Part shown: piece after piece, positions 1 to 12,769 of the stretch
Position numbering within the stretch: the first letter of the stretch is position 1
How the letters are laid out: every line of letters begins with the position of its first letter
Assembly: GCA_013265495.1 (NCBI GenBank)
Contig: MU060547.1
Coordinates: 5,671,678-5,735,677, forward strand
DNA: 64,000 nucleotides
Source of the DNA: Vicugna vicugna
Lineage: Eukaryota
Reading direction: 5' to 3'
The notes under the pieces: model-generated
The model's input: only the letters and a program-made list of their open reading frames with translations
The model's database searches: none
What the model was told of the DNA's origin: nothing
Made by a program: the position numbers and the translations under genes

Positions 1-539
1 GATAGAGAGCTAGCCAGGGGTCATAATTAAAGGAATTTATGGCACACCAACACATTTGATCCTATTTTTCGAACAATGAGGAACCACTGAGCACTCATAT
101 GAGTTTTGGTTACTATAAAGAATGCTCTGGCTACACTCCATTAGTCATTTGAATTTTTTTTGTGTGTGTGTATTTTCATATCTCTTACACAGTTTTCCAT
201 TAAAGTTTTCCTGGTTTTCTTATTTGTTCATGTAAGTTCTCTTAACAATAAACAAACATGGGCTTCAATGCTTTGTCACGTTTGTGGTAAATGTTCTATA
301 GCTTGTTGTTTACCTTTTGATATTTTTGTGTGATTTTTGGTGTATTCAATAAACGATTGCTCAGTAAATAAATGAATAATTTTGCTTTTTGTCCTGTAAG
401 AATGCAGTCACTATTGGGTTTCATGGAGCGTTTTTACAGATTCAAAGCATATTCTAAATGCTGAAAGTGTATCAAGGACTGTGGAGATATTTTTTTCTTG
501 TCAACAGGATTGAAGATCCAGGCAATCTCACCAGTAGCC

Positions 540-690
540 TTAGTTCTTCCACTGTATCACTGACTGACCCTGGAAAAGGCACTTAATCTCTCTCTGTTTT
601 CCTTTTATCACATATAAAATAAGGTAATACTATACACCCAATCCTGCCTGCCTTGTAGAGGAGGATATTAAACAGATGAATTAGAAACTA
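540..690 (+). mobile_element. MIR
   Basis: tgactgaccctggaaaaggcacttaatctctctctgttttccttttatcacatataaaataagg resembles the MIR core. Confidence 0.55.
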
Positions 691-1409
691 GGTAATGACA
701 TACATAATTAGGAAGAGGTATGAAATATTCCCTGCTCTTTGGAAGAGCATGCTATTAATTTCAGGGCATCATCATAAATCACAATTTATTCCTGTTTGCT
801 TAAAGCAAAGGGAACAGGAGGGCAACACAGTTCAAATAGCAAGACAGGATTTTCTGGTGTCTGTTTCTGTTCTTGTCCTCTTTCACTGAGTTTTAATGTT
901 CTTTGCACTTTTAAAATGAGCAAGGCTCTGTGGTGGGCATTTTCAATCCATTACAACATCATGGTTACCTTATTTAAGATTCATTTGTAACCCAGACATT
1001 CTGGAAAAGAAAATGAAAGACTTGAGGAAAGATCAACCAAAAGCAGTGCAGTGCTGGAGCCTCCAATGGCTGATGCTCACCTGTTTTTCAGACTAACACT
1101 AATACCTTTGAGACATATATTTCATTTTATAATATTCTTGTGAATCATTATCACCATTTCTTGACTCAAATAATTGAGGGAAAATGCAGTGTCACAGAAC
1201 TCCCCACAGCAAAATTTGAGGAATAAAACAAATATAATTTACCTTATAAAATCCTGCTGCATCAGATTTTGAAATGCTGGTCAACTTAAGGTCTAATGAG
1301 TAAAGTTTCTTGAAGCAAGAGCTAACTTACTTTTCTTTAAATAGAAATGTGCAAAGTACCAAGAATATATTTAGTTTGGTTACTGCAAAATATTTTTATC
1401 TATATTATT

Positions 1410-2015
1410 TCATTAAATTCTTATAATCCCATTATATAGCTACTATTGTGCACATTTTCATGGACAGGAAAATCATTCTCAGCCAGTAAATTTCCCATGA
1501 TTCACCCAAGTTAAAATCAGTTTTTGAAAGCTGGTCTTCAGGTTCTAAATTGAGCGTTTGTCAAGAATGCTGCAGCTATAGGATGTGCTTCTACAAACAT
1601 CACAGGAAATGAACTCAAATGCTTACAGGGGCTAGACAGGGAACAGAGGTGTGCAAAGTAGGCCAGATGGGGACTGAAAACCATTATCTAAAGGGTAAGG
1701 AGCTACTTCATGGGCTTCCGTTGTCATGTGTTGCCTAGCCATCCTGTTTCTAGAAAGAATCTAGAAACGCCTGATTTTAAATTGATGGCAATAATTAAAA
1801 TTCACCATGAATAAAACAAGGCATCTGCAGGCAGCACATCGAGAAAAGACTATCAACAAGCTTTCTCTGGTGTGCATGTTCCTGTTTGATAATCCAGTGA
1901 GGAAAGACACCCCATTTTACAGATAAGAACACCAGAAGTCCCCCAAAGAAGAGCTTGTAATTTGCTTAAGGTCGCAGTCTGGCAAGTGGAAACTATGTGG
2001 CTCAGAACTTAAGAC
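1410..2015 (-). mobile_element. Two MIR fragments (about 1410-1560 and 1885-2015)
   Basis: cccattttacagataagaac..taatttgcttaaggtcgcag; cacattttcatggacaggaaaat. Confidence 0.55.
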
Positions 2016-3335
2016 TATTTTGCGATGTGTCTAGAAATCGGAGAGAAATCAAATTATCCCATTACATAATTATGTGTTTCTACCCCACTGTACTGTAACG
2101 CTTGAGCTGATGGCACAACACACTCTGCGGTCCAGACATTTCCCAGCTGCCACAGCTTGACTGTCACAAGCCGGGGGGTGGTTTGAGCACCAGTGTGTAG
2201 GAGGAGAACTCACAGGGTGGTTACCAATGGGGATAAAAGAGACCACCTGAGGATAAAAATGGACGATTTCCAGTGAAAATTACCATATTGTAATTTTGTT
2301 AGCTATCAGACTAAGTAGACAGAAGCTTATCTGACAAGAAATTGTCCTTATGGGCATGATTTAACCTAGAGATGTCTGATTTCCGCCTATGTGGTGTCCA
2401 GATGGTCCTTTTTGCTCTATGCTGAGACCAGGAGGCATAAAGGCCATTTCTAAAACAGACACAATGAAGTAAGTGCAGAGTGGAAATGCACAAGGCTGGT
2501 CAACATAATGTACTCAATCAGATTATATTTTTAAAGCTAATTCCCTGTGACTGAGATATGCAATTGATGAGGGAGAAAAAGGGTACCATTTTTTAGTGGT
2601 TTTGCTAGAGGTCCTATTATACGTGACTAGAGCTGATGAGATAGATCCCATGGTCATGTAGGCTCTGCGGTAAAATATGGGAAAGCAAAGGTAAGGATGA
2701 TAAAATGAACAAAAGAGAAGCCTAATATTCTACTTGAGAAATACTGTTTTTTTCCTTTCAATGCAGAAATCATTCTGTGCCAAACTTCAGTACCTCCTAC
2801 ATACTAATGACAGGAAGGGTCAATGTGTGAAGAGAAAAAAAGTGCAGAGAACTTAGCTGAAAAAAAAAAAAAGCCAATGGTAGTAGTCCGCACAGTATGG
2901 AACACATCATCTATGCAGTAAATAATTAAACAAAAGTCCTCTAAAATGCCCAGTTTATAATAACTTCTTATGGTAGCTCCAAATTACATTGGCTATTTGC
3001 ATAGGATATTACAAAGCCATCTATTACAGTATGCAAGAAAAAGAAAATACCTCAAAAGACATTTTCTCATTTTGAAGTACAATAACTTTGTAAGTTAACA
3101 TTTGGAAAGCTTCCCAGTTTTCAGCAGTAAAACGATAATGCTAGACGTATCATTTTAAAGTGGAATCTCCTAGAAGTTAATTCAGTTGACAAGGTCACAT
3201 TTAGACTTTATTTTTTCCCCTTATGTTTTGCACTCAAAATAATTCCCAAATCCTATTATTCAAAGCACTGGAAGTTACCATAGCAATTCAAGCATCTGCT
3301 CATACTGAAGGTGCCTCTGAGATACAGAGCTACTT

Positions 3336-3338
<3 letters not shown>

Positions 3339-3366
<28 letters not shown>
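3339..3366. repeat. (AC)14 microsatellite
   Basis: Read directly from the sequence. Confidence 0.95.
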
Positions 3367-3369
<3 letters not shown>

Positions 3370-3489
3370 AATAAACTTCTATGATACAAATCATGGAAAT
3401 CATAGTGTTTTGAGAAAGGGAAACAGACCAGAGACACTGTTTTTATTGGGTAGAACTGTTTGATTTTAGCAATATCTTATCGTGAAGAT

Positions 3490-3720
3490 TCAGCAGAATA
3501 GCCTTGGGTTTAAGGGTGCAAACTCTGGGTTCAAAGTCTCATTCTGCCGGTCACTTGCTGTGTGACCTTGGGCAATTTACAAAACCTCTTCGTACCCCTT
3601 TTTCCTCATCAATAGATAATGGGATCTATTTCAAATACAGTTGTTGCAGGTGTTGTGAGGCTTAAATAAATTAACAATCGTAAAGCACATATAGCACAGC
3701 ACGTACGTAGTCCATAAAAA
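3490..3720 (+). mobile_element. MIR
   Basis: cacttgctgtgtgaccttgggcaatttac..tttcctcatcaatagataatggg..tgttgtgaggcttaaataa. Confidence 0.85.
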
Positions 3721-4208
3721 GCACTAATCTTAAAGAAAGACATGTTTTCACAGTAGAGGAGAAAATATATTTTCAAACAAAAAATTTTAAAGATACTGAA
3801 TCAGAAAAGAATTGCACTTGAAGTGTTATGAGAGCATATCTGATTTAAGCTGTGTTTTTCTTTTGATAGGGAGAAGAAAAATGATAGAGATTCAGTGTGA
3901 AATATCTAAAATACCTTGACTAGAAAAATGATACACCTTTAATATTTTTTCTTCATTTAAAGTACAATACTTTATGGTTCTTTTTATACCTCTTTAATAA
4001 ATTTTCAGGCTGTAGAAATAAATCAGTGTTTATTATACTCAAATTTGTTAAAACATTTTTGTGTATTTTTTAGAGACTTTCACTAGTTTAAAATTTCATT
4101 CACAGAAGTCAATTAACCTAAAGTAGTCCATGTTTCAACTCCTAAATATTTTTCATAAAGTAATCGAGAACTAAAACACTTATTTCTTGATAATAAAACA
4201 AATTTCCC

Positions 4209-4297
4209 TTTTTAAAAAATTTTATTGAAGTGTAGTTGATTTACAATGTTAGTTTCAGATGTACAGCGAAGTGATTCAGTTACACATACACATTCAT
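4209..4297 (-). mobile_element. Short L1 3'-terminal fragment
   Basis: tttattgaagtgtagttgatttacaatgttagtttcagatgtacagcgaagtgattcagttacac is the reverse complement of a cetartiodactyl-type L1 3' end. Confidence 0.75.
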
Positions 4298-4631
4298 TGG
4301 TTATACATCTACCTTTCATTGGTTTTTGTCCATTTAGTCATTGTGGCATTTTCAAATATTACTCTTATATATTTAAATGTATTCTTAAATATCAAAACAT
4401 ACTCAAAAGTCTATTTTCCATGCATATCTCCCCAATTTCCTTCTTTTGTCATCATAACAGATGAAAGGAATGCTATGCTGAAATAGTCCAATACTAACTA
4501 TTATGTGCTTTAGGTCAGAAATGTTAAAAACCTAAATTTCTTTTCCATGTGTTTAAATAAAACTTGAGGTTTTAGGTGAAAGAAGAAAGGTTTTATTGAC
4601 ATTTTTGAAAATAATACAAATTTCAGTACTG

Positions 4632-4697
4632 CAAATAAAGTTGTTTATGAAGTTGTTTATACAAATGAAGTTGTTTATACAAATGAAGTTGTTTATA
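4632..4697. repeat. Short minisatellite, 18-bp unit caaatgaagttgtttata, about 3.5 copies
   Basis: Two perfect units plus two partial or degenerate units. Confidence 0.9.
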
Positions 4698-5110
4698 GCA
4701 GAGAGTCTCCTTTGCATTTTGGATTATTTCCCACAATTCAAATTTTCTTTATTTTAGTGTTAATGTGCCATTCATAGTAATATGTTTCTATAGCTGCATT
4801 TAAATTTTTCATGTATATTTCATGTTTCAAAAATATGTTGTCTCTGTACATATTTTTTGTCATTATGCAGAGATAATGATTTTCAAGAGGACAAGAACTC
4901 TGGCACTTAATTCACTTGTAACTGTTACACAGATATCTTCTTCCCTCACTTTTTTTTTTTTACATTTGAGATTGATTTACTTTATTGCATATAAATTATA
5001 TGTCAACTTACATAAAAGGAAGAGGGAAATAGGATATGATGACATAAGAAAAAATGAACTGAAAATATTAACTTAGTTTTTGTACTTTGGCAAATATGTT
5101 ATAATTTATA

Positions 5111-7420
5111 TTTTCCCAGTAATACTGAGAAATAATTAATATACATCACTGTATAAGTTTAAGGTGTACTGCATGATGATTTGATTTACATATATTGTGA
5201 AATGATTACCTCAACAGGTTCAGCAAATGTCCATCTTCTAATATAGATACAATAAAAAGAAAATAAAGAAAAACAGGACAAAATTCATCCTTTTGATGAG
5301 AACTCTTAGAAATTACTCTTAACACTTTTGTATGTATCATATAGCTATAGCCAACATGTTGTACATTATCTCCCCAGTACTTAAGTATCTTATCTCTGGA
5401 AGTTGTACCTTGTGCCCACCTTCCTCCATTTCCCTCTCCCCGCACCCTCCACCTCTGGCAGCCACAAGTCTGATCTCTCTTTCTATGAGAATTTTTTTTC
5501 AATATTCTGCATATAAGTGATATAATACAGTATTTGTCTTTCTTTGTCTGACTTATTTCACTTAGCATAAAGCCTTCAAGGTCCATCCATTTTGTCACCT
5601 ATGGTTGAATTTCCTCATTTCTTATGGCTGAAAAAAATAGATATATACTGCAACTTCTTTACCCATTCATACACTGATGGCCACCTCAGCTGTTTCCATG
5701 TCTTGGCTGTTACAAGTAATGCTGCTATTACTATGAGGGTACAGATGTCTTTTCAAATTAGTGTTTTTATTTTCTGTGAAATTGCTGGATCATATGGTAA
5801 TTCTACATTCAATTTTTTGAGGATCTTCTATACTGTTTTCCATGATGGCTGCCCCAATTTACAATCCTACCAACAGTGCAGAAGGGGCTTCCTTTTCTCC
5901 ACATCCACATCAGTATTTGTTGTCTTTTTTTTTTTTTGATGTTTTCTTTGATGATTTCTTATACGAGTTTTATGGTTTCAGGTCCTATAAGTAAGTCTTC
6001 AGTCCATTTAGAGTTAATATTTATGAGTAGTGTAAGATATGGGTCCAGTTTCACTGAATATCCAATTATACCAGCACCATTTATTGAAAAGATTGTCTTT
6101 TCTCCATTGTGTATTCTTGGCTCCTTTGTCAAACATTAGCTGACAGTATATGTTTGGGTTAACTTCTGGGTTCTTGATTCTGTTCCATTGGTCTGTTTGT
6201 CTGTTTTCATCCCTGTACCATACTGTTTTGATGACTACGGCTTTAAACTGTTGTTTGAAATCAAGAAGTGTAATACTTCCTGCTTCGTTCTTCTTTCTCA
6301 AGGGATTTCTTTGGCTCCTCAGGGTCTTCTGTGCCTCCAAATAATTTCTGGAGTGTTTTTCTACTTCCATAAAAACTNNNNNNNNNNNNNNNNNNNNNNN
6401 NNNNNNNNNNNNNNNNNNNNNNNNNNNNNNNNNNNNNNNNNNNNNNNNNNNNNNNNNNNNNNNNNNNNNNNNNNNNNNNNNNNNNNNNNNNNNNNNNNNN
6501 NNNNNNNNNNNNNNNNAACATCTTGTAGTTTTCAGAGTAGAGACCTTCTACCTCATTAGTTAAACTTTTTTTCTGAATTATATTATTGTTTTGATGCTAT
6601 TGTAAATGAATTGATTTCTTTATTTCTTTTTCAGAAAATTGGTTGTTAGTGTATAGAAATGCTACTGATTTTTGCATGTTTTGTATCCTGCAACTTTACT
6701 GAATTCACTGATCAGCTCTAACAGTTTTTTTTTTTTTTTCCGGTCTGAGTCTTTAGGCTTTTCTATATATAAAATCATGTCACATGCAAATGGAGACAAT
6801 TTTACTTCTTCCTTTCCAATTATGGTACCTTTTCTTTCTCTTGCCTGACAGCTCTAGCTAGGACTTCTAGTACAATGTTGAATAGGAGTAGTCAGAGTGG
6901 CACCTCTGTCTTATTCCCGATCTTAGAAGAAAAGTCTTCAACCTTTCACTATTGAGTGTGATGTTAGCTTTGTGTTTGTCATATTTGGCCTTTATTATGT
7001 TGACATATGTTCTGTGTCTAATTGGTTAAGAGTTTTTATCATAAATGGGGTTTGAGTTTTGTCAAATGCTTTTTATGCAAATATTGAAATGATCACGATT
7101 CTTTTCTTTCATTCTATTAATAAGATGTATCACATTGATTGATTTGCCTACATTCAATCCTCCTTGCATCCTAAGGATAAATCTCACTTGATCTCGGTGT
7201 ATATTTCTTTTAATGTACTGCTGAATTCAGTTTGCTAGTATTTTACTGAGAATTTTTACCTCTATATTCATCAGGGATATTAGCCTGTAGTTTTCTTTTC
7301 TAGAAATGTTCTTTTCTGGTTTTGGTGTCGAGATAATGCTGGCTTCATAAGATGAGTTAAGGTGTATTCATTTCTCCTCGATTTTTTGGAAGTGTTTGAG
7401 AAAGACTGATGTTAATTTTC
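5111..7420 (-). mobile_element. 5'-truncated LINE-1 (3' part of ORF2 plus 3' UTR), degenerate, interrupted by a gap
   Basis: Minus-strand peptides [50 protein letters not shown] (6014-6370) and WMDLEGFMLSEISQTKKDKYCIISLI (within 5206-5598) match L1 ORF2p motifs. L1MA-type 3' UTR. Confidence 0.95.
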
Positions 7421-7724
7421 ATTTTAAAAAACAATTTCTCAAAGTCTCTAAGTGGTTTAAAAGCAGTTCTTAAAGCATGATGATTTTCAATATGCAAATA
7501 TGTCACTGAGTAAAACTATGGTTCCATGTTATGGTTAAAATGGTTGGGATGCTTGTTCAATCGTAAGACCACAGATGCCTGCTGCTCATTTAAAAGCAAC
7601 AGAGACTCTATCTTTCTGTAGTCTCAGATTCTGAGAAAACATAGTACCCAGGTGAGAGGTCTTTAAAGATGCAATGGCTTTTGCCCTGTAATTTAGATCT
7701 GTATAAATTTTGCTAGCCTGGAAG

Positions 7725-7955
7725 CAGGAGTGTTAAATGGTTAGGAGCTGGGATCTCAAGCCACAGAAAAACCTACGTTTGAATTCTAGCACCATCTTTG
7801 GCTGTGTGACTTCCGAATGCCCCAGTTTTCACATCTATAAAACTCAAGTAGTAACAGTACCTAGTTCTTCAAAGACTGTGATGAATAAGAGAAGGAAAAA
7901 AAAGCATATGTAAAGTGTCTAAGAGAGTGTGCCTTCATTAGCTTCATAAATGGTA
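7725..7955 (+). mobile_element. MIR
   Basis: gtttgaattctagc..gctgtgtgact..cccagttttcacatctataaaa..gcatatgtaaagtgtctaaga. Confidence 0.8.
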
Positions 7956-10196
7956 GCCCAGAATTTTCTATTGCTATTTATTTTTAGTGCTGTGATTTCT
8001 AAAGACCTGACATTTAAAGCTTCCTCCTTTTGCCAATCTTTACCTCTGAAATATGGCTATTTATTTACTTACACCTCACCGCAGGATTTGAGACCCCAAG
8101 GGCTAAAGCTGCCCTTCCTTGCAGACAGAGATCACTGTTTAACTTGATGCTCCAGCCTTTAAGGAACTAGCTTGCTGAAGCTGCTGCTTTAGCCCAGTAC
8201 TTCAAAAGGGACTCTGGTGAACTGAAGCTGGATCTTTATCCACAATGCCTACTTTGCCCATCAGTGGAGTTCTAGCTCTGAGTCTAGCTTCCTTTTTGGT
8301 TACAGCTTCTTGACTCTGCTCTTCGAACTACCCTCTCCATTTCCCACCTTTGCAAATATCACTTCTGTGGATACTAGTGATCTTGTCCAATTCTCAGAAG
8401 AAATTTGCCTAATGGCCTGAATGCATAAGTTTCCTGACTACCAGTAGAACAAACATGGCTTTCTAGTTAGAGGCCAAACACCGATGGTTTGTGGACCACC
8501 CTCATCCCAAAGATACATTAAAGCAGTGATTAAACATTTTGTGATCATCCATGTCTTTATGCCAGTTACGAATTTTCCAATATATTTTGACACATTCCCT
8601 ACCAATTATATTACTTTACTCCCAGGCCAGCACACCCCATATGTTACCCACCTGGTCTCATTTGAGTTTGTGACCTGGTCAGACCTTGGCTGCCCCTTTC
8701 TGGTGCCTTGACATATGGGTTAGTTCTGAACCACAGTCTCTGGTTCCACAGACTTTGGGGCCCAAGTCTCTTATTTCCTCTTGACTATAGTAAAGGCATC
8801 TGTAAAATGATTTCTTCTGAACTTAACCTCTGTCTCATTCTCTTGCTTTTCCCCCACTTCATGTCTTCTTGAGCAACCAAACTCCAGTTTCATAAAAATC
8901 CTCACGTGACAGTGTGTAAAATCAGTCTATATGCCATCTACCAACACTGAACACCTAATGTTTTTCTACTAGTTTGCTGTTCTGTGGTTTCCCTCTATCA
9001 TTACAAGATGATTACATATGGAATGTCTTTAAAAAATATGAACGCCAAGGTATAGAACAAAAAGGCAATGAGGAGAAATGAACAATGCAAACAAATCCGC
9101 TTTGATTCCTTCTTTACCACTAAACACAAGACTTGGTCTCCTCTGAAAGATTTATGAGGCTTCCTACCATAAAGGAAGCTGGATTACGGCTATGCTTACT
9201 TTATAAAATGAAATTCTGCCATCATAGGCAAGGGTTCATGGCTGTAATTATTTCAATGATCTTCCCAGTCAATGTGTCTTACACAGCTGAGCCAAACCCT
9301 CTCTCACACAGGCAGGCAGGCCATTTCATAAGAAGTCTAAAAGCTCCCACAACTTTGTGTGACNNNNNNNNNNNNNNNNNNNNNNNNNNNNNNNNNNNNN
9401 NNNNNNNNNNNNNNNNNNNNNNNNNNNNNNNNNNNNNNNNNNNNNNNNNNNNNNNNNNNNNNNNNNNNNNNNNNNNNNNNNNNNNNNNNNNNNNNNNNNN
9501 NNNNNNNNNNNNNNNNNNNNNNNNNNNNNNNNNNNNNNNNNNNNNNNNNNNNNNNNNNNNNNNNNNNNNNNNNNNNNNNNNNNNNNNNNNNNNNNNNNNA
9601 CATGAGTGTTTAGACAGAGGATTTCATTTAACATTTCTTTTATCTGATGAAATTCCCATAGTTTTAATATCATAATAAGTGTGATGCTATGGGATCTTTC
9701 AATTTTCCTCTTTGAAAAGAACTGAAGAACAGGCATAATTCATTTACCCAGGTTTCCAATTCTTTACTTACTGAATATCATTAATTCCCTGACACAAGAG
9801 TCATCGCACATTTCATTAACAGGAATGGAATAAACCTGAGAAAGAAGTGGCTTTTACTTAAGGGAATGCCATCTCTCACCCTAAATAAACTCTCTTTGAG
9901 GAGAACGTGTAATGTAGTATATATGTAGTTATAAAATCAGTGTATTTTTCTTTAACAGAAAGTTAGAAAATTATGTTTTTAAAATATTAGTAGAGAAGCT
10001 TTTCAGGAGCACAAAGATCTTTATGACCCTAGGTAAGAGTGTTCATCATTCTCCACTCTGCCTTAGTGATGAAAGCTCGATTTAATTATACAGTAAATTG
10101 GAAAATGTCTTATACAAAGAAGTGAATAATAAACTTTGGTAGAAAAGTAAACATAGCAATGTATATACTGAATCACTTCATTTCAGCAGGACTTAC

Positions 10197-10288
10197 CAAC
10201 TCATGCAACGAAGATCTGTACTTATCAAAGGGACTGACACCTGGCAATTTTTTTTTCTGATGCTTAATTTTATCAGTCAGTATTCTGA
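10197..10288 (-). CDS. Candidate 92-nt exon (phase 1-0)
   Basis: Acceptor ttttgtataattttatcag and strong donor TTG|gtaagt. Open frame (x)RILTDKIKHQKKKLPGVSPFDKYRSSLHEL. No homology recognised. Confidence 0.2.
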
Positions 10289-10300
10289 CTGATAAAATTA
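10265..10300. repeat. Perfect 16-bp inverted repeat with a 4-nt spacer
   Basis: taattttatcagtcag-tatt-ctgactgataaaatta. Confidence 0.95.
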
Positions 10301-10529
10301 TACAAAATTATACAAAAATTTGTTTAAAGTTGGTTAGCTTTGTAAAATTTAAGAAAAGCAGTAATATATAATATATGAATTTTACAGTTGGTTTCACCTA
10401 TGTTAGCATTTGACAATCAGGCCTTAAAATGCTTAGCTGTTTGCACAATATCATGAAATGGATTTCAATCTCCATGCACTATTTTGAAAAATATATTCAA
10501 ATCTTATTTCACAGATTTATAAGTTTCAC

Positions 10530-11050
10530 GCATTATTTCAGTTGATCTTAACAATAACAAGTTATGCAAAGTAAGAAAGACAACTGCTTCCTTTTGACAG
10601 ATGTAAAAACTAAGGTTGGGACATCTGGACTGTGGCAAGTTCACATTTAACACTTTAATCTCCAAACCTACAATGCTGTACGTTTACTATAGTATCATGT
10701 TCTTTAGAGATTTATTAGATTTGAATTAGGTGATTGCTGCATTGATGCTAAGTCTCTACAGAAGGGTTCTGTATAATATTTATATAAAAATATAAAGATT
10801 ATGAAACATAAACTCTCCAAGAGGAGTCAGATTTAAGAAGACTTTCATATGAACATCATTATCATCATCATCATTATGGCACATGACATTTATGGAACCA
10901 GAAAATAATATTATCTCATAATAATGTGACATATAAAGAAAGCAAAGCTTAGGGAGAAATTAAATAATTTGCTTAATGTCATATAGCTAGCTAGTGGTGG
11001 ACCAAGGCCCCAAACACTGATGTGTATAAAATAAAAGTCCGTCCTCTTAA
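10530..11050 (-). mobile_element. MIR fragments (about 10530-10690 and 10860-11050)
   Basis: ttttgacagatgtaaaaactaagg; gcttagggagaaattaaataatttgcttaatgtcatatagctagctagtgg. Confidence 0.6.
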
Positions 11051-11974
11051 TATTGTTTCTTTTTCTTCACGTATTAGCTCTCCAACAGCCTATCTTGTAG
11101 ATACTGTCTTACAATTATTTTAAAAACAAATAAACCCCAAATTTAAGTGTATTTTCTTTTTGTGGCTCAGGAAGCAGTAACAGAGGCATCAAATGTGTTG
11201 TCATGAAACAGTCACTCTCAGTCCTCACAGACATTTATATTAGATTATCTGAGCATTTTAGAATTTTATGTGGTATCATGCCAACATGAATGATCTAAAA
11301 GATATTATGGTAAGGGACTGCTGTCTATGACTTGGAAGGGAATATCTATGGGTAGATTTCATTTTCAATTCAATTATTTGTTTATTAGGAAATTAATCTT
11401 TGCTGGAAGCTTATAAAATGTGTGTGTGTTTTTTTTTAAACAAAAAACAAGAGGCTTGATTGCTGATGAATTTTAGACAAGGCATATAATTAAGCATTCT
11501 CAGTTAAAAAAAAAAACAGAAAATTGTGTGCTATTTGAAAAAATGGAAGAAGGAAAATGGAAAACTATATTTGAGTTCATCCCTGGCACAAATTTTCCTC
11601 TTTCCAACCCCTCTTTTACACTCTCAGCTGTACAGTAAAACAGTAGCTAGAACGAGATAAATCCAGGAATAGCAGGTAGGGTTTCTTTCCAAGGAAAGAG
11701 TTTCAACAATTTCCCCTCTGTTATTTCTATTATCTGACTAATGGCAATCAGCTTCAAAATAACTCTCTTTGCTGCAATGGAGCAGATGAATTCCATGGCA
11801 TTTTTTCCTGAAAAAAATGTATCTTGGCCATACCAGTTTGGTCATTTGAAAGCTAACGTCCACGCCTTGCTCCACTAATCTATTTCTCCTTGACATATAG
11901 GGCTCAGGTTGCACAAATATGTAAAACAAAATATGTAGAAATAATTCCATGCTACATTTTTATACTTTCATTTA

Positions 11975-12680
11975 AAATATTTTCAAATGCTTGGAAATCT
12001 GCTATCAGCAATATCATTTTAAAATTTCCAGAAATTATGGCTAATGTAATAAGGCAAGGAATAAAAATAATAATTGTAAAGCCATGAGAAAGGTGACCAA
12101 AAAGTCATCATTTACAGGTTAGAAATAATTAGAGAATTATTAATATCAAAGATTCTGTTAAAGATCAATAGCACTTATATATTGTTAATAGAGAAAAATA
12201 CAGTTGCTACAAAATTTCATTCTTGATTACGAAACTGCTGAATACATGGGGATATTTCAACAAGGCATATATATGACCGGTATGAAGAAATGTAGTGATA
12301 GAAATCAGAATTTACTAATATGAAGAAAGAGTTAAAATGGAGAAAACATTTAAATGAAAATTCACTTTCAAATTGATTTAGAAATGTAGTGTAACGTTAA
12401 ACAAAATCAGTAGTTTTTTGGAAACAAAAACATTTACTTCTTTCACTGGTAGAATAAATAGATTAAAAATACCCAAAATAATTTTGAAAAAGAATAATAC
12501 AAAGTAGTATGCTGAAACACACTTTTGTGGTACAAAATCAAATCAGTGTGATAAAGGAATAAGGAAAGACAAAGGTATAGATAGAATCAACCATTTAAAA
12601 AGAAATGCATAAGAATTTCTTTCATTGAAGCGAGAAATCAGTTTGGGGAACATCTTATTCTTCTGAAAAGTAGTATATAT
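11975..12680 (+). mobile_element. Ancient L1 (L1M/L1ME-like) ORF2 remnant
   Basis: A-rich with degenerate ORF2-like motifs (gctaatgtaataaggcaaggaataaaa; aaattgatttagaaatgtagtgtaac; cccaaaataattttgaaaaagaataa). Confidence 0.55.
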
Positions 12681-12769
12681 TTAGGTATTTAGATATGCAG
12701 GTATCAAACTGGCATAAAAGTAAGGTGGAATGAAATTCAAAATCAGTTATAGGGTCATTGTAACATAGG

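Noticed and set aside
1746-1768. gtttctaga-aagaa-tctagaaac as a heat-shock element
   Set aside because: The 9-bp inverted repeat is real, but the nGAAn units are out of register, so it is not a three-unit HSE.
5206-6370. ORFs 5206-5598 and 6014-6370 as host genes
   Set aside because: They are frameshifted L1 ORF2/3' UTR remnants. The opposite-strand ORFs here are antisense L1.
7622-7651. Plus-strand 30-nt open mini-exon (SQILRKHSTQ)
   Set aside because: Opposite strand to the best exon, with no partner exons. Such pairs are frequent by chance.
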